Part shown: positions 44,973 through 55,586 of the stretch, one piece after another
Layout of the letters: every line of letters begins with the position of its first letter
Numbering within the stretch: position 1 is the first letter of the stretch
Assembly (NCBI GenBank): GCA_963707025.1
Contig: CAVPOM010000004.1
Coordinates: 768,001 to 832,000, forward strand
From: an uncultured Verrucomicrobiae bacterium
GTDB taxonomy: Bacteria > Verrucomicrobiota > Verrucomicrobiia > Limisphaerales > Palsa-1400
Direction of reading: 5' to 3'
DNA: 64,000 bases
Translations under genes and position numbers: made by a program
The notes under the pieces: model-generated
Database searches by the model: none
What the model was told of the DNA's origin: nothing
Seen by the model: the letters and a program-made list of their open reading frames with translations, nothing else

Positions 44973-45050
44973 TCCAGTTCGTAACTGCTCGATTGCCAAA
45001 TAGCTTGGCGGCGGTCGCAGACCGCCGCTACAGTGCAAATGCGAACTGGA
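44973..45050. repeat. Short inverted-end element enclosing a REP-like hairpin
   Basis: TCCAGTTCGTAACTGC...GCAAATGCGAACTGGA around GGCGGCGGTCGCAGACCGCCGCTACA. Confidence 0.6.
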
Positions 45051-45172
45051 AATGGCATTAGAGTTCTTGAATTTCAAAACACGTTGTCGCCACGCGAGGT
45101 TTTGCCGCAATTGAAAATTGGCAATTGAAAATCTTCAATTTTCGATCTCCAACGGTCGGCGGCGCGGCCTCT

Positions 45173-46675
45173 TTAAGACAACTGCGTCCAGATGGTCTTC
45201 AGTTCGGTGTATTGGTAATGGGCAAAAATAGACTTGTCGCGGCCGAAGAAGCCGGATTGCTTGAAGCCGCCAAAAGGCGTGGTGGCGTCGCCCTCGGAGA
45301 AACAGTTGATGGAGACGGTGCCGGCGCGCAGGGCGCGGGCGACGCGATGGGCGCGGCTGATGTCCTGGGTATAAAGCGAGGCGGTCAGGCCGTAGGGGGT
45401 GTCGTTGGCCAGGGCGATGGCTTCCTCCTCGGTGTTGAAGGTGAGAATGGACAGGACGGGGCCAAAAATTTCCTCGCGGGCAATGCGCATCGAGGGCTTG
45501 ACCTGGTCGAAGATGGTGGCTTGGACGAAGAAGCCCCCGGAATTGGGCAAAGCGCGGTTGCCGCCCAGGGCGAGGCGGGCGCCTTCGTTTTTGCCGCTGT
45601 CAATGTAACCGAGGACTTTTTTGAGATGAGATTCTTCGATCATCGGGCCGATTTTGGTCGCGGGATCCAGCGGGTCGCCCACCAGCCATTCCTTGCTGGC
45701 CTGGAGCAACCCGGCCAGGAGCTTGTCCTTGAGCTTGCGGTGGACGATGAGCCGCGAGCCGGAACTGCAGTTCTCCCCCATGTTCCAGAACACGCAGTTG
45801 ACAACCTGGCGGGCGACGTAATCCAAGTCGCCGGCGTCTTCCAGGACGACCTGCGGATTCTTGCCGCCCAGTTCGAGCAGGACGCGCTTGAGATTGGAAC
45901 CGGCCGAGTAGTTGAGGAGCTGGCGGCCCACGTCGGTCGAGCCGGTGAAAGCGACCGCGTCCACGTCCATGTGCCTGCAGAGGGCGGCGCCAATGACGGC
46001 GCCGTTGCCGGGGACGACGTTGAGGACGCCGTCGGGAAGGCCGGCCTGGGCGGCGATTTCGGCCAGGCGCAGAGCGCTCAAGGAAGTCTGGCGGGCGGGC
46101 TTGACGACGACGCTGTTGCCGGTGGCGAGGATGGGGCCGAGCTTCCAGGCGGCCATCTGGATGGGGAAATTCCAGGGGAGGATGGCGCCCACCACACCCA
46201 GCGGTTCGCGCACGATCATGGCGACGTTGCCCGGCCCGGTCGGGGCGACCCTGTCATATTCCTTGTCCGCCGCTTCGGCGTGCCAGCGGAAACAATGGAC
46301 CGTATCGGGCACGTCCATGGTCAGGCAGTCGGCGATGGGTTTGCCGGCATCCAGGCAGTCCAGCAAGGCCAGTTCGCCCAGGTTCTGCTCGAGGAGGTCA
46401 GCGAAATGAAGCAGGAGGTGCTTGCGCTCGGCGGGGGAGCGTTTGGCCCAAACGCCTTTTGCAAAGGAGCGGCGGGCGGCCTTGACGGCCTGGTCCACGT
46501 CGGCGCTGTCGCAGGAGGCGATTTTGGCCAGTGGCTTGCCGGTGGCCGGATTGATGGAGTCGTAAGTCTGGCCGGAGGCGGCGCTGACGAATTGGCCGTC
46601 TATGAAGGCGCGGGTGCGGAACTTGAGTTTGGCGGCGGCGGCTTTAATGGCTTTTGATTCAAGTTTAAGGCTCAT
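45173..46675 (-). CDS. NAD(P)-dependent aldehyde dehydrogenase
   Basis: PWNFP, FTGST, LELGGK, GENC, EEIFGPV. Confidence 0.95.
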   Translation of the reverse strand: MSLKLESKAIKAAAAKLKFRTRAFIDGQFVSAASGQTYDSINPATGKPLAKIASCDSADVDQAVKAARRSFAKGVWAKRSPAERKHLLLHFADLLEQNLGELALLDCLDAGKPIADCLTMDVPDTVHCFRWHAEAADKEYDRVAPTGPGNVAMIVREPLGVVGAILPWNFPIQMAAWKLGPILATGNSVVVKPARQTSLSALRLAEIAAQAGLPDGVLNVVPGNGAVIGAALCRHMDVDAVAFTGSTDVGRQLLNYSAGSNLKRVLLELGGKNPQVVLEDAGDLDYVARQVVNCVFWNMGENCSSGSRLIVHRKLKDKLLAGLLQASKEWLVGDPLDPATKIGPMIEESHLKKVLGYIDSGKNEGARLALGGNRALPNSGGFFVQATIFDQVKPSMRIAREEIFGPVLSILTFNTEEEAIALANDTPYGLTASLYTQDISRAHRVARALRAGTVSINCFSEGDATTPFGGFKQSGFFGRDKSIFAHYQYTELKTIWTQLS

Positions 46676-46757
46676 AAAATACAGGGGTTAATGCTTGGCG
46701 AAGCATGAGCAGAGCCTGCCAGAAAACGCGCCGCTGTCAACCCGATTAAGATTAAGA

Positions 46758-46794
46758 GGGATCGGCGCGCAAGGCGATGACGGCCAGGGGCGGG
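46758..46794 (-). repeat. 37-bp exact duplicate of the glgB 3' end
   Basis: GGGATCGGCGCGCAAGGCGATGACGGCCAGGGGCGGG is identical to 47501-47537. Confidence 0.92.
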
Positions 46795-46848
46795 TTGGAG
46801 GACGAGGGCAATTGCAGGGTTGTCTTTCTCGCAAAGGTGGGTTTAATT

Positions 46849-47067
46849 ATGGGCATGAAAAAGCATGCCATCGTGGTGGTTGACCCGGAAATCATGAGTG
46901 GCGAGCCCTGCTTTGCCGGCACGCGTGTTCCGGTGCGGGCGTTGCTGGATTACATTGAAGGCGGCGAGACGCTCGACGAGTTCCTGGAGCAATATCCCAC
47001 GGTTTCGCGCAAGCAGGCGGTGGATTTTCTGGAACAAGGCAGCGAACGGCTGCTCGCCACCGCCTGA
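46849..47067 (+). CDS. DUF433 antitoxin
   Basis: DPEIMSGEPCFAGTRVPV...GETLDEFLEQYP. Confidence 0.9.
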   Translation: MGMKKHAIVVVDPEIMSGEPCFAGTRVPVRALLDYIEGGETLDEFLEQYPTVSRKQAVDFLEQGSERLLATA

Positions 47068-47073
47068 AATTCA

Positions 47074-47415
47074 ATGTGCGCCTTCCGCATCCTGCTGGAC
47101 GAATGTCTCCCGAAGGATTTGGCGCGTGAACTTCCCGGCCACACCGTCAAAACCGTTCCGCAAGCCGGTTGGGCCAGCGTCAGCAACGGCAATCTCCTTC
47201 GTCTCATCGCCGACTCCCACAAATTTGATGTGTTTTTGACCATGGATAAACGGCTCCCGCAAGAGAACCCAACCCGGCGGCTCCCTTTTGCCATTGTCGT
47301 CTTGCGCGCCAAGTCCAACTGAATGGTTCATGTCTTCCCCTTTGCACCGGAAATCCTGCGCCGCCTTGCCGAATTTCAGCCGGGTCACGTCTATGTCTTG
47401 ACGCAGCCGGATTGA
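47074..47415 (+). pseudogene. DUF5615 PIN-like toxin with internal TGA
   Basis: ILLDECLP...FLTMDK; TGA at 47320, then the frame continues for 30 codons. Confidence 0.75.
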
Positions 47416-47491
47416 ACGCGCCGAGCGGCCAGCACCACTTCGCGGGGTGAGGGAATTCGGTCGAGCCGCAGGCTCGACGCTCCACCTTGCG

Positions 47492-49708
47492 CTACGGGGC
47501 GGGATCGGCGCGCAAGGCGATGACGGCCAGGGGCGGGAGGGTGAGGGCGGCGGAGAAGGGCTGGTGATGGAGCGGTTGGGCCTCCGCGCTCACACCGCCC
47601 AGATTCCCCTGGTTGCTCCCGCCGTAAATTTGGGCGTCCGAATTGAGCACTTCCCGCCAGAAACCGCCTTGGGGCAGGCCGACGCGGTAGCCCACCCGCA
47701 GTTCCGGCGTCAGATTCAGGATCACGGCCAGACGGCCGCCGCCATCCTGCTGCTGGCGGATAAAGGAAAGGACGCTGTGTTCGGTGTCGGCGCAATCAAT
47801 CCAAAAAAAGCCGGCGGGTCGTAATCGGCGTCAAAGAGGGCGGGTTGGCCTTGATAAAACTGATTGAGGTCGCGCACCAAACGCTGCAGGCCGGCATGGT
47901 AGGGGCCTTGCTCCAGCAGCCCCCAGTCAATACTGGCGTTGGCGTTCCATTCCGAGGCACTGGCCCAGTTCGCAGCCCATGAATCAGCAGTTTTTTGCCG
48001 GGGAAAAGCCATTGATAGGCGAGCATCGCGCGCAAGTTGGCGAATTTCTGCCAGTCGTCGCCGGGCATTTTGCCCGCCAGCGAACCTTTGCCGTGGACCA
48101 CCTCATCGTGGGAGAAGCGGCAGGATGAAATTTTCAGTGAATATGATAGAGCATCGCGAACGTCAGGTCGTTCTGATGATATTTGCGGTAAATCGGGTCG
48201 CGGCTGAAGTAGCTCAGGGTGTCGTGCATCCAGCCCATGTTCCATTTGAAACGAGAAGCCCAGGCCCGCCCAGCTAGGGCGGGCGGGTGACTTGCGGCCA
48301 GGCGGTGGATTCCTCGGCCATGGTGATGACGCCGGGATGGGCGGAGAGCGGGACGTGGTTGAAGTTTTTGAGGAATTCCATCGCCTCCAGGTTCTCCCGT
48401 CCGCCGTATTGGTTGGGAATCCACTCGCCGGGCTGGCGCGAATAATCCAGGTAAAGCATGGAGGCGACGGCATCCACGCGCAGGCCGTCAATGATGAAAT
48501 CGTTCGCACCAGAACAAGCGCGTTGGCGACGAGGAAATTGCGCACTTCGTGCCGGCCGTAATTGAAAATGAGCGTGCCCCAGTCCTGGTGCGCTCCCTTG
48601 CGCGGGTCTTCGTGCTCGTAGAGCGCCGTGCCGTCGAACCGGGCCAGCGCCCAGTCATCGCGCGGGAAATGGGCGGGCACCCAGTCCATCAGCACGCCCA
48701 TGCCCGCCTGATGGAGGTGCGTTGACCAGGAATTGCAAGTCATCCGGCGTGCCGTAGCGGCTGGTCGGCGCATAAAATCCAGTCACCTGATAGCCCCAGG
48801 ACGGATAAAAGGCGTGCTCGGCCAGCGGCAGGAATTCGACGTGGGTAAAGCCCATCTGCCGGGCGTAGGCGGCCAGCGGCTCGGCGATCTCGCGGTAGTT
48901 CAACGATTCGCCGGCGCTTTTCTTTCGCCAGGAGCCGAGATGCACTTCGTAGATGCTCATCGGCACTGCGGAAGGGATTGCGCTGGCGGCGTTGTTCCAG
49001 CCAGGCTTTCGTCGCCCCAGGCGAAGCGGCGGTTGTCCCAGACGATGGAGGCGTTTTTGGGCGCGGCCTCGCAGAAAAAAGCCGTAAGGGTCGGTCTTGA
49101 GCACCAAGTCGCCCCGGGCGGTTCGGATTTCAAATTTGTAATGGGCGCCCTGGCCCACGCCCGGAATGAAAATCTCCCACACGCCCGAGGCGCCCAGCAG
49201 GCGCATGGTGTGGCAGCGCCCGTCCCAATGGTTGAAATCACCCACCACGCTGACCCGCTTGGCCTTCGGCGCCCAGACGGCGAAGCTCGCGCCCGCCACG
49301 CCGTCCAGGGTGCGCAGTTGCGCGCCCAGCTTCTCGTAAATGCGCCGTTCATTGCCCTTGTCCGAAAAGATACAAATCGGTCTCGCCCACGGTGGGCAGG
49401 AAGGAATAAGGATCGCGCCCCTGCTGGCTCGCGCCGTCGCGCCCGGTCAGGACAACGTCGTAGGCATAGACCCGGGTGGCCTGACGGGTGAACCCCTCGA
49501 ACAGCCCGGCGGGGTGGATTTTTTTCAGCTTGATGGTGGGGCGGGATTTTTCATGAACGGGCACAATGGCGGCCTGTTTGGCCTGCGGGGCCAAGACGCG
49601 CACGACCACGCCGGAGCCGTCGGCCAGCGTGTGCATGCCCAGAAGTTCATGCGGGGAGCGATGCTGGAGTTGCACCAGACTTTCGGCTTCTGCCTTTGTG
49701 AGAATCAT
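47492..49708 (-). pseudogene. glgB: 1,4-alpha-glucan branching enzyme with multiple frameshifts
   Basis: [63 protein letters not shown] spread over several frames. Confidence 0.9.
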
Positions 49709-49772
49709 GCCGGGCGCAGAGTAGCACGGAAAGGGCGGCGGCAAAGCGCAAAGTTCGGGCACCTAGCCGGGA

Positions 49773-49954
49773 GGGCGCATCTCGACACTGCTACGAGGGT
49801 CCGACACCCGAATAATACAGGAGTGCGCCCGTCCTCGGGCGCAGCAGCGTGAGAAAGTCGGCGCACCGGTGATCTTTCTGCGCACCCAAAAACTCCTGGC
49901 TTGCTGCGGCCGGGGACGGCCGCACTCCGCCGGTAGCAGTGTCAAGATGCGCCC
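49773..49954. mobile_element. MITE (182 bp)
   Basis: 22-bp TIR GGGCGCATCTYGACACTGCTAC (1 mismatch); 9-bp target duplication TAGCCGGGA; internal inverted REP-like pair. Confidence 0.85.
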
Positions 49955-49974
49955 TAGCCGGGACGATGCAAATT

Positions 49975-50133
49975 GAACCACGGATGAACCCAGATAAACA
50001 CCGATAAGGCAAGGCCATGACGGGCTTTCTCCTGGGGCTGGACTGAGCCACCCCATCGTGAGCGAAAGGAGCACGGGGAAATCTCCTTTTCTGGGCCGTA
50101 GGATCGGTGTCCATCCGTGTTCATCAGCGGTTC
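49975..50133. repeat. Imperfect inverted repeat of CACGGATGAA-like units
   Basis: GAACCACGGATGAACCCAGATAAACACCGAT...ATCGGTGTCCATCCGTGTTCATCAGCGGTTC. Confidence 0.65.
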
Positions 50134-50216
50134 TACTCTGCAGGGATGCGGCTCAGAGGTTTTCGGAGAGTAAGATTAGGATTAAGATTAAGATTGGGAG
50201 GAGGAGCAACGGAGGA

Positions 50217-50435
50217 CTAGCTTTGGCGGAAGGTGATGCGGGCCTTGCCGAGGTCGTAGGGGGACATTTCGACGTTGACCTTGTCGCCGACGCTGATGCG
50301 GATGAAATTCTTGCGCATCTTGCCGGAGATGTGGGCCAGAACCTCATGGCCGTTGGGCAGGGCCACGCGAAACATCGTCCCCGGCAAGACTTGGGTTACC
50401 TTGCCGTTCAATTCGATTGGCTCTTCTTTAGCCAC
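50217..50435 (-). CDS. infA: Translation initiation factor IF-1
   Basis: MAKEEPIE...[27 protein letters not shown]. Confidence 0.97.
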   Translation of the reverse strand: MAKEEPIELNGKVTQVLPGTMFRVALPNGHEVLAHISGKMRKNFIRISVGDKVNVEMSPYDLGKARITFRQS

Positions 50436-50537
50436 GATTCGAGATTTAGTTTCAGGATTCTAAGGTTGCAGCAGCCCGGGCTGTCCCAGGACGGCGGGCA
50501 AACCATGCCTGCCGGGAGGGCTGAAATCAAGGCAAAC

Positions 50538-52127
50538 TTAAAACGAATAAATGCGCCGCGACAGGCTGTGGCGCAAGAGGAAGCAGGCCAGCAGGGCAAA
50601 GGCGGAATAGCTGAAGAACTTGGCCAGGACAAGGACCGCATTCACCCCATCCCAGTCCTGGGAAGGTTGCACGGCCACCAAAACGAGATAAAAGGGAACC
50701 CACAGGGCAATCCAGGTCAGCACCGCCGCCGCGATCAAGTTTTTCACGCGCAAGGCAAAGTAGGTGGCGAAGACCGGCAGGCTCAGAAGAGCAAAGGCCA
50801 GGATAAATGCCACCGCGACAACAGCAGAAGAAGCTTCTTCAGTCCATTCGTTGCACAAAAAGAAGAGGGCCAGGACCAGGCCCGCGGGGAGGAATTGTTT
50901 CCACAAACCCCACACGCGGCCGAAGATAAGTTTGTTGACTGAAACCGGCGTGACCAAAATCAACTCCAGGGCGCCGCTGCGCTTTTCCTCCAAAAAACCG
51001 CTGACGCCGACAAAAGTGTAAAGTCCGGCCAGCGTCAGCAGCAAAGCCATGTTGATCATTTCACGAACCTCCCGGTCACCGTTGCCAGCCGCGCATTCGA
51101 CCAGCACAAAAGCCAGGCACAGGCCCCATTTGCCCAGGCGCGCTTTCCAGGAATACTGTTGCAGCCAGGCGATGGGGTTCCAATCCAGGGAGCGTTGCAT
51201 TTTGCGCCGGAACCGGCGTTGGAACAGCGGCGTGCAATAGCGCCGGAGCAAACTCTCGCGGCGGAGGGAGGGGACTTTGTCCTGCCAGGAGCGTTCGACC
51301 CGGCGCGCCGCGAAGCGGGCGACCAGGTAAAAGAACAGGAGCGTGACGGGCGGGCCGGTCCAACAAAGCGTTGCCCAGATTTTACCGAGGACAGCGGACA
51401 CCGAGGCCAAGGCGCTCCAACTGGCAAAACCCCGAATGTCGAGAAGCCCGGAGAAAATAGACATGGTTTCCAAACTGGCCCGCCACCAGCTCACTTCGTT
51501 GAGGATGGCGAATCCGCCCCGCCACCCGACGAGAAGGATGAACTGCAAAAGCTGTCCGTAGAGGAGCAGGAAGAGGGCTGAGAAGAGGAAGGCCAGAAGG
51601 AAGGCCGTGTTCCGCTCCCGGGCCAGGGAGGAGGCGAGCAAGCCGGCCGCCAGGCAGAGCACCGTGGCGCAAAACTCCAGGCTCAAGGCGCTGAAAGCGT
51701 CGAACCAAGTGATGCCGCCGGTCATGAAGGGAATGGTGAGGAGCGGCAGGACGGCCAGCCAGAGGGTCAAGGCCCGCAGCGCCTGGGCCAGCGCCTTGCC
51801 GGCGACAATGCCCCCCGCGCTCAATGGAGTCAAGAATAATAATCCCAGGGTCCCTTCCCGCTTTTCCCGCGCGATGCAGTCGGCCGCCAGGGCGGGCACG
51901 ATGAGGAAGATCAGGCCGAGCAGCAAGTTGTGCAGGCTGGCGAAAAGCCAGCCGCCCAATTGGTCGGCCGGTTTGTCCGATCTGGCCACGATATTCCAAA
52001 GGAGCAGCGTGCCCACGGCCACGCTCCAGAAGCGCAGGCGGTGGTTGACGGGCCGGCGCGCCCCTTCGCGCAGTTCGCGCTGCACGACAGGCCAGACGTT
52101 GACGTGGGTGAGCTTGCGTGGTTTCAC
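50538..52127 (-). CDS. ABC-2-type permease, tandem paralog 1
   Basis: WPVVQRELRE, ADCIAREKREGTLGLLFLTPL, EKRSGALELILVTP. Confidence 0.8.
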   Translation of the reverse strand: MKPRKLTHVNVWPVVQRELREGARRPVNHRLRFWSVAVGTLLLWNIVARSDKPADQLGGWLFASLHNLLLGLIFLIVPALAADCIAREKREGTLGLLFLTPLSAGGIVAGKALAQALRALTLWLAVLPLLTIPFMTGGITWFDAFSALSLEFCATVLCLAAGLLASSLARERNTAFLLAFLFSALFLLLYGQLLQFILLVGWRGGFAILNEVSWWRASLETMSIFSGLLDIRGFASWSALASVSAVLGKIWATLCWTGPPVTLLFFYLVARFAARRVERSWQDKVPSLRRESLLRRYCTPLFQRRFRRKMQRSLDWNPIAWLQQYSWKARLGKWGLCLAFVLVECAAGNGDREVREMINMALLLTLAGLYTFVGVSGFLEEKRSGALELILVTPVSVNKLIFGRVWGLWKQFLPAGLVLALFFLCNEWTEEASSAVVAVAFILAFALLSLPVFATYFALRVKNLIAAAVLTWIALWVPFYLVLVAVQPSQDWDGVNAVLVLAKFFSYSAFALLACFLLRHSLSRRIYSF

Positions 52128-52140
52128 ACGGCCGCCGGGT

Positions 52141-53782
52141 TTAGAAAGAATAGAGCCTCCGCAAAAGGCAGTGGCGCAGAAGGAAACAAGCCACCAAGGC
52201 AAGAGCGAAATTTCCCAAACTGTACGCCACAGAGATCCAGATCTCCGGTATGCTGTCAACATCGTGAATCACCATCTGAAACTGAAGCGCCCGGACAAAC
52301 AGCATGACAAAGACAAAGGGCAGATACAGCGCAACCCAGGTCATTCCCGCCGCCACAATCTGATTCTTGACGCGCAGGGCAAAATACAAGGCGAAGGCCG
52401 GCAGGGCCACAAATGCGGAAACAAAACTCAACGGCCCCCGGAGGTAATCGCTAAGAAACTCAATAATCCGGCCGTCCGAAAGAAGGCTGAATTTCAAAAC
52501 CCCGTGGACCCAAAGGATACCAACATCGGAAAGGGCAAGCATTAGAGCCGCCGGCAGGAATTGTTTCCAGACGCCCAACAGGCGGCCGAAGATAATTTGG
52601 TTGATTGCAATGGGAGTGACCAAAATCAATTCCAGCGCGCCGCTGCGTTTCTCCTGCGCAAAACTGTTGATGCCGGCGAAAGTCATGCCGGCCAAAATAG
52701 TGAATGATAATATTGGCAGGATTGGTTCGCCGAATCCATAGTAGGGCGGTGCGTTGCTCACGTACCCGGTTATGACGATGACCAAAGCCAGGCAGAGGAG
52801 CCATTTGATCAGCCGCGCTTTCCAGGAATACTGTTGCAGCCAGGCGATGGGGTTTCGATCCAGGGTCCGGCGCGTTCTGCGCGCGAACCAGCGTTGAAAC
52901 AGAGGCGTGCAGTATTTCCGGACCAGGCTCTCTTGGCGAAGGGAGGGAATTTTCTCATGCCACGACCTCGCCAGCCTCCACGCCGCGAAGCGGAGCAGGA
53001 GGACAAACAGAAGCAATGCCGGAAGCGGGCTTACCCAGAGAGTCTGGTGCCAAGTGTGAATAAATGGGACGGTCATTAGGGAGACGTTGAAGCTGCCGCC
53101 CGTGGTTGCATCCAACTCCGTCGGAAGGCCTGAGAGCAACATTGCGTAATCCTGCGGCCAATCAAAGATTAGAGGAACTCCGGCCAGGAACGAGAAGCAG
53201 GCCAAGGTACAGAAGACCGACACAATGATTGCCGCCAAAAGTAGCGCCACGACGAAGGCCGCGCCCCGGCCTTTGACCAGGGTCGAGGCCAGCAAACCCG
53301 CCGCCAGACACAGCACCAAGACGGAAAATTCCAGCGCGAGAAAAGCCGAGGCATCAGCCCATCCAATGCCTCCCATCACGAAGGGTATCGTCAGCACGGG
53401 CGCCACGGAAACCCACAGCGTCATGGCGCGCAAGGCTTGCGCCAAACCCTTGCCCGCCACGATCCCGCCCGCCGTCAACGGAGTCAGGAATAATAATCCC
53501 AAAGTTCCCTCCCGCTTTTCCCGCGCGATGCAATCGGCCGTCATCAACGGCACCACCAGGCAAATCAGCCCCATTAAAACAACATGCAACCCCGCGAAGA
53601 GATACTGGCCCATTACCTTATCCTGCTCATCCGGGTTGTCGGTTACTATGAAAACCACCACGAGAAGCCCGGCGGTGGCGGCGCCGACGCGCAGCCAGTA
53701 GTTAAAAGGCCAGGCGCGCCCCTTCGCGCAGTTCGCGCTGCACGACGGGCCAGGTTCCTCCTAAAAAGCGGTTCTTGGACAT
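52141..53782 (-). CDS. ABC-2-type permease, tandem paralog 2 (1-bp insertion near 53712)
   Basis: Same motifs as paralog 1; the N-terminal WPVVQRELREGAR is in another frame. Confidence 0.75.
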
Positions 53783-53822
53783 TCCTTCAACCTTCTTGCA
53801 AAGCAGCGCCTCCATCTTGGTT

Positions 53823-54515
53823 GGTAGGGCGCGCACTCCGTGCGCGCCGCGGCGGGCAGTCCCGGCGTGCCGGGACCCTGCCTCAGTTAATGTTCTTCTC
53901 CCCGTACCCCAAAGCAAGCAGAACATTAACTGAGGCAGGATAAGTTGGATGTAACGGGGTGTAACGGGTGCAATTTTCGTAAACCGTTGATAATCAACAA
54001 CTGTAACGGTGTAACGGGTGTAGCGCACCTCACCCTGCCTGCAAGTGTGGGCGTCCAACAAGTCGCCACCCAGGCAGTGCCTTAATTTGGTGTAGAGTCG
54101 AGCCTGTGGCTCGACTTCGGCGCACAGCGCCGACACTACAACAATGCATTTAAGGCACCACCGCCACCCACACTTGCTGGCCAACCGAAAAAACGAGTCG
54201 CAAGCCGGGTGCAGGACAAAATTCTTCACAAGCCGATGCTTGCGGGGTAGCGAGTATATGCGTCTCCATATACCCATGGCGCGCGCTACCCCTCTCTCTC
54301 CACGCGTGCGGGGAGAGAGCCGGAGAGAGGTGTTCCCTTAATCGTCCCACTCCTGCCGCGAAGAATTTTGTCCTGCGCCCCGCAAGCCTTTCCCGGTCGT
54401 CAATCGAGTCACGGCTTGACGGAGTCTCGCCCTGCCAAAATCAACGCCTCCACGTCGGGTGGTAGCGCGGGCACTCCGCTGCCCGCCGCGGCGCGCACGG
54501 AGTGCGCGCCCCACC
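53823..54515. repeat. Cluster of nested palindromic/REP-like elements
   Basis: 37-bp inverted repeat (53823-53859 / 54479-54515) and a perfect 20-bp IR (53877-53896 / 53920-53939), plus further hairpins. Confidence 0.8.
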
Positions 54516-54526
54516 TTTCCATCCGC

Positions 54527-55474
54527 TTATTGGGTTTCGCCGCGGGTGACGCGCAGGAAAACTTCTTCCAGCCCCAGTTCGTCCTCCCACAGGCCGGTGA
54601 ATTTGACGCCGCCATTGACCAGGGTGACGGCCAGGATGGAAGGGTCCACTTCCGGGTTGGCGAAGGTGACCTTGACCTGGCCGTCCACGGCGACGGCATC
54701 GGCCACGGTGGGGAGGGCCTTCAAAACGGCGATGGCCGGGGCGGGATCGCCTTCCGGGAGCACCCAATAAATCAGGCCGGTGGACATCTGTTGGCGCACG
54801 CCCTGCACCGGGCCGCTGTAGATGAGCTTGCCCTTCTCGATGATGGCGACGCGATTGCAGAGGGTTTGCAGTTCGCTCAGGATGTGGGAGGAAATAATGA
54901 TGGTTTTGCCCAGGCGCTGCAGTTCCTGGAGAATGGCCATCATCTCGATGCGGGCGCGCGGGTCCAGGCCGCTGGCCGGTTCGTCCAGGAGGAGCAGGCG
55001 GGGGTCGTGGATCAGGACGCGGGCCAGGCCGAGGCGCTGTTGCATGCCGCGGCTCAAGGCCCCGATGATGGCGCCGCGTTTCTCGGTCAAGCCCACCAGT
55101 TCGAGCACGTCGGCCACGGTTTTCTCGCGCTGGGCTGTCGGGATTTTGTAACAGGCGCCGAAGAAATCCAGGTATTCGGTGACTTCCATGTCCTTGTAAA
55201 CGCCGAAGAAATCGGGCATGTAACCGATGACATGGCGCACCGCGTCGGCCTCGCGCACCACGTCGTGGCCGAGGATTTTGGCGGTGCCGGCCGAGGGGGC
55301 CAGGAAAGTGGCGAGAATGCGCAGGGTGGTGGTTTTGCCCGCGCCGTTGGAGCCGATGAAGCCGAACAAATCCCCCTGGTTAATGGTCAAGTCCAGGCAA
55401 TTCAGCGCGGTGATGTTGCCGTAAAGGCGGGTCAGGCCGAGGGTGGCCACGGCGGGAATGGGCGGAGCGTCCAT
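54527..55474 (-). CDS. ABC transporter ATP-binding protein
   Basis: GSNGAGKTT, LSRGMQQR, LDEPASGLD. Confidence 0.93.
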   Translation of the reverse strand: MDAPPIPAVATLGLTRLYGNITALNCLDLTINQGDLFGFIGSNGAGKTTTLRILATFLAPSAGTAKILGHDVVREADAVRHVIGYMPDFFGVYKDMEVTEYLDFFGACYKIPTAQREKTVADVLELVGLTEKRGAIIGALSRGMQQRLGLARVLIHDPRLLLLDEPASGLDPRARIEMMAILQELQRLGKTIIISSHILSELQTLCNRVAIIEKGKLIYSGPVQGVRQQMSTGLIYWVLPEGDPAPAIAVLKALPTVADAVAVDGQVKVTFANPEVDPSILAVTLVNGGVKFTGLWEDELGLEEVFLRVTRGETQ

Positions 55475-55586
55475 AAAGGTTTAGTGGGGAGGGGGAAAGA
55501 TTAAGATTAAGATTAAGAGTAGGATTAAGGAGGGGCCATCGCGGTTTGGTTGGGCGGGCGCAAGAGGGGAAAGGGATTGGTTTCCA

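Noticed and set aside
53702..54277. 191-aa ORF
   Set aside because: Runs through the palindrome cluster; only its last codons belong to the permease N-terminus
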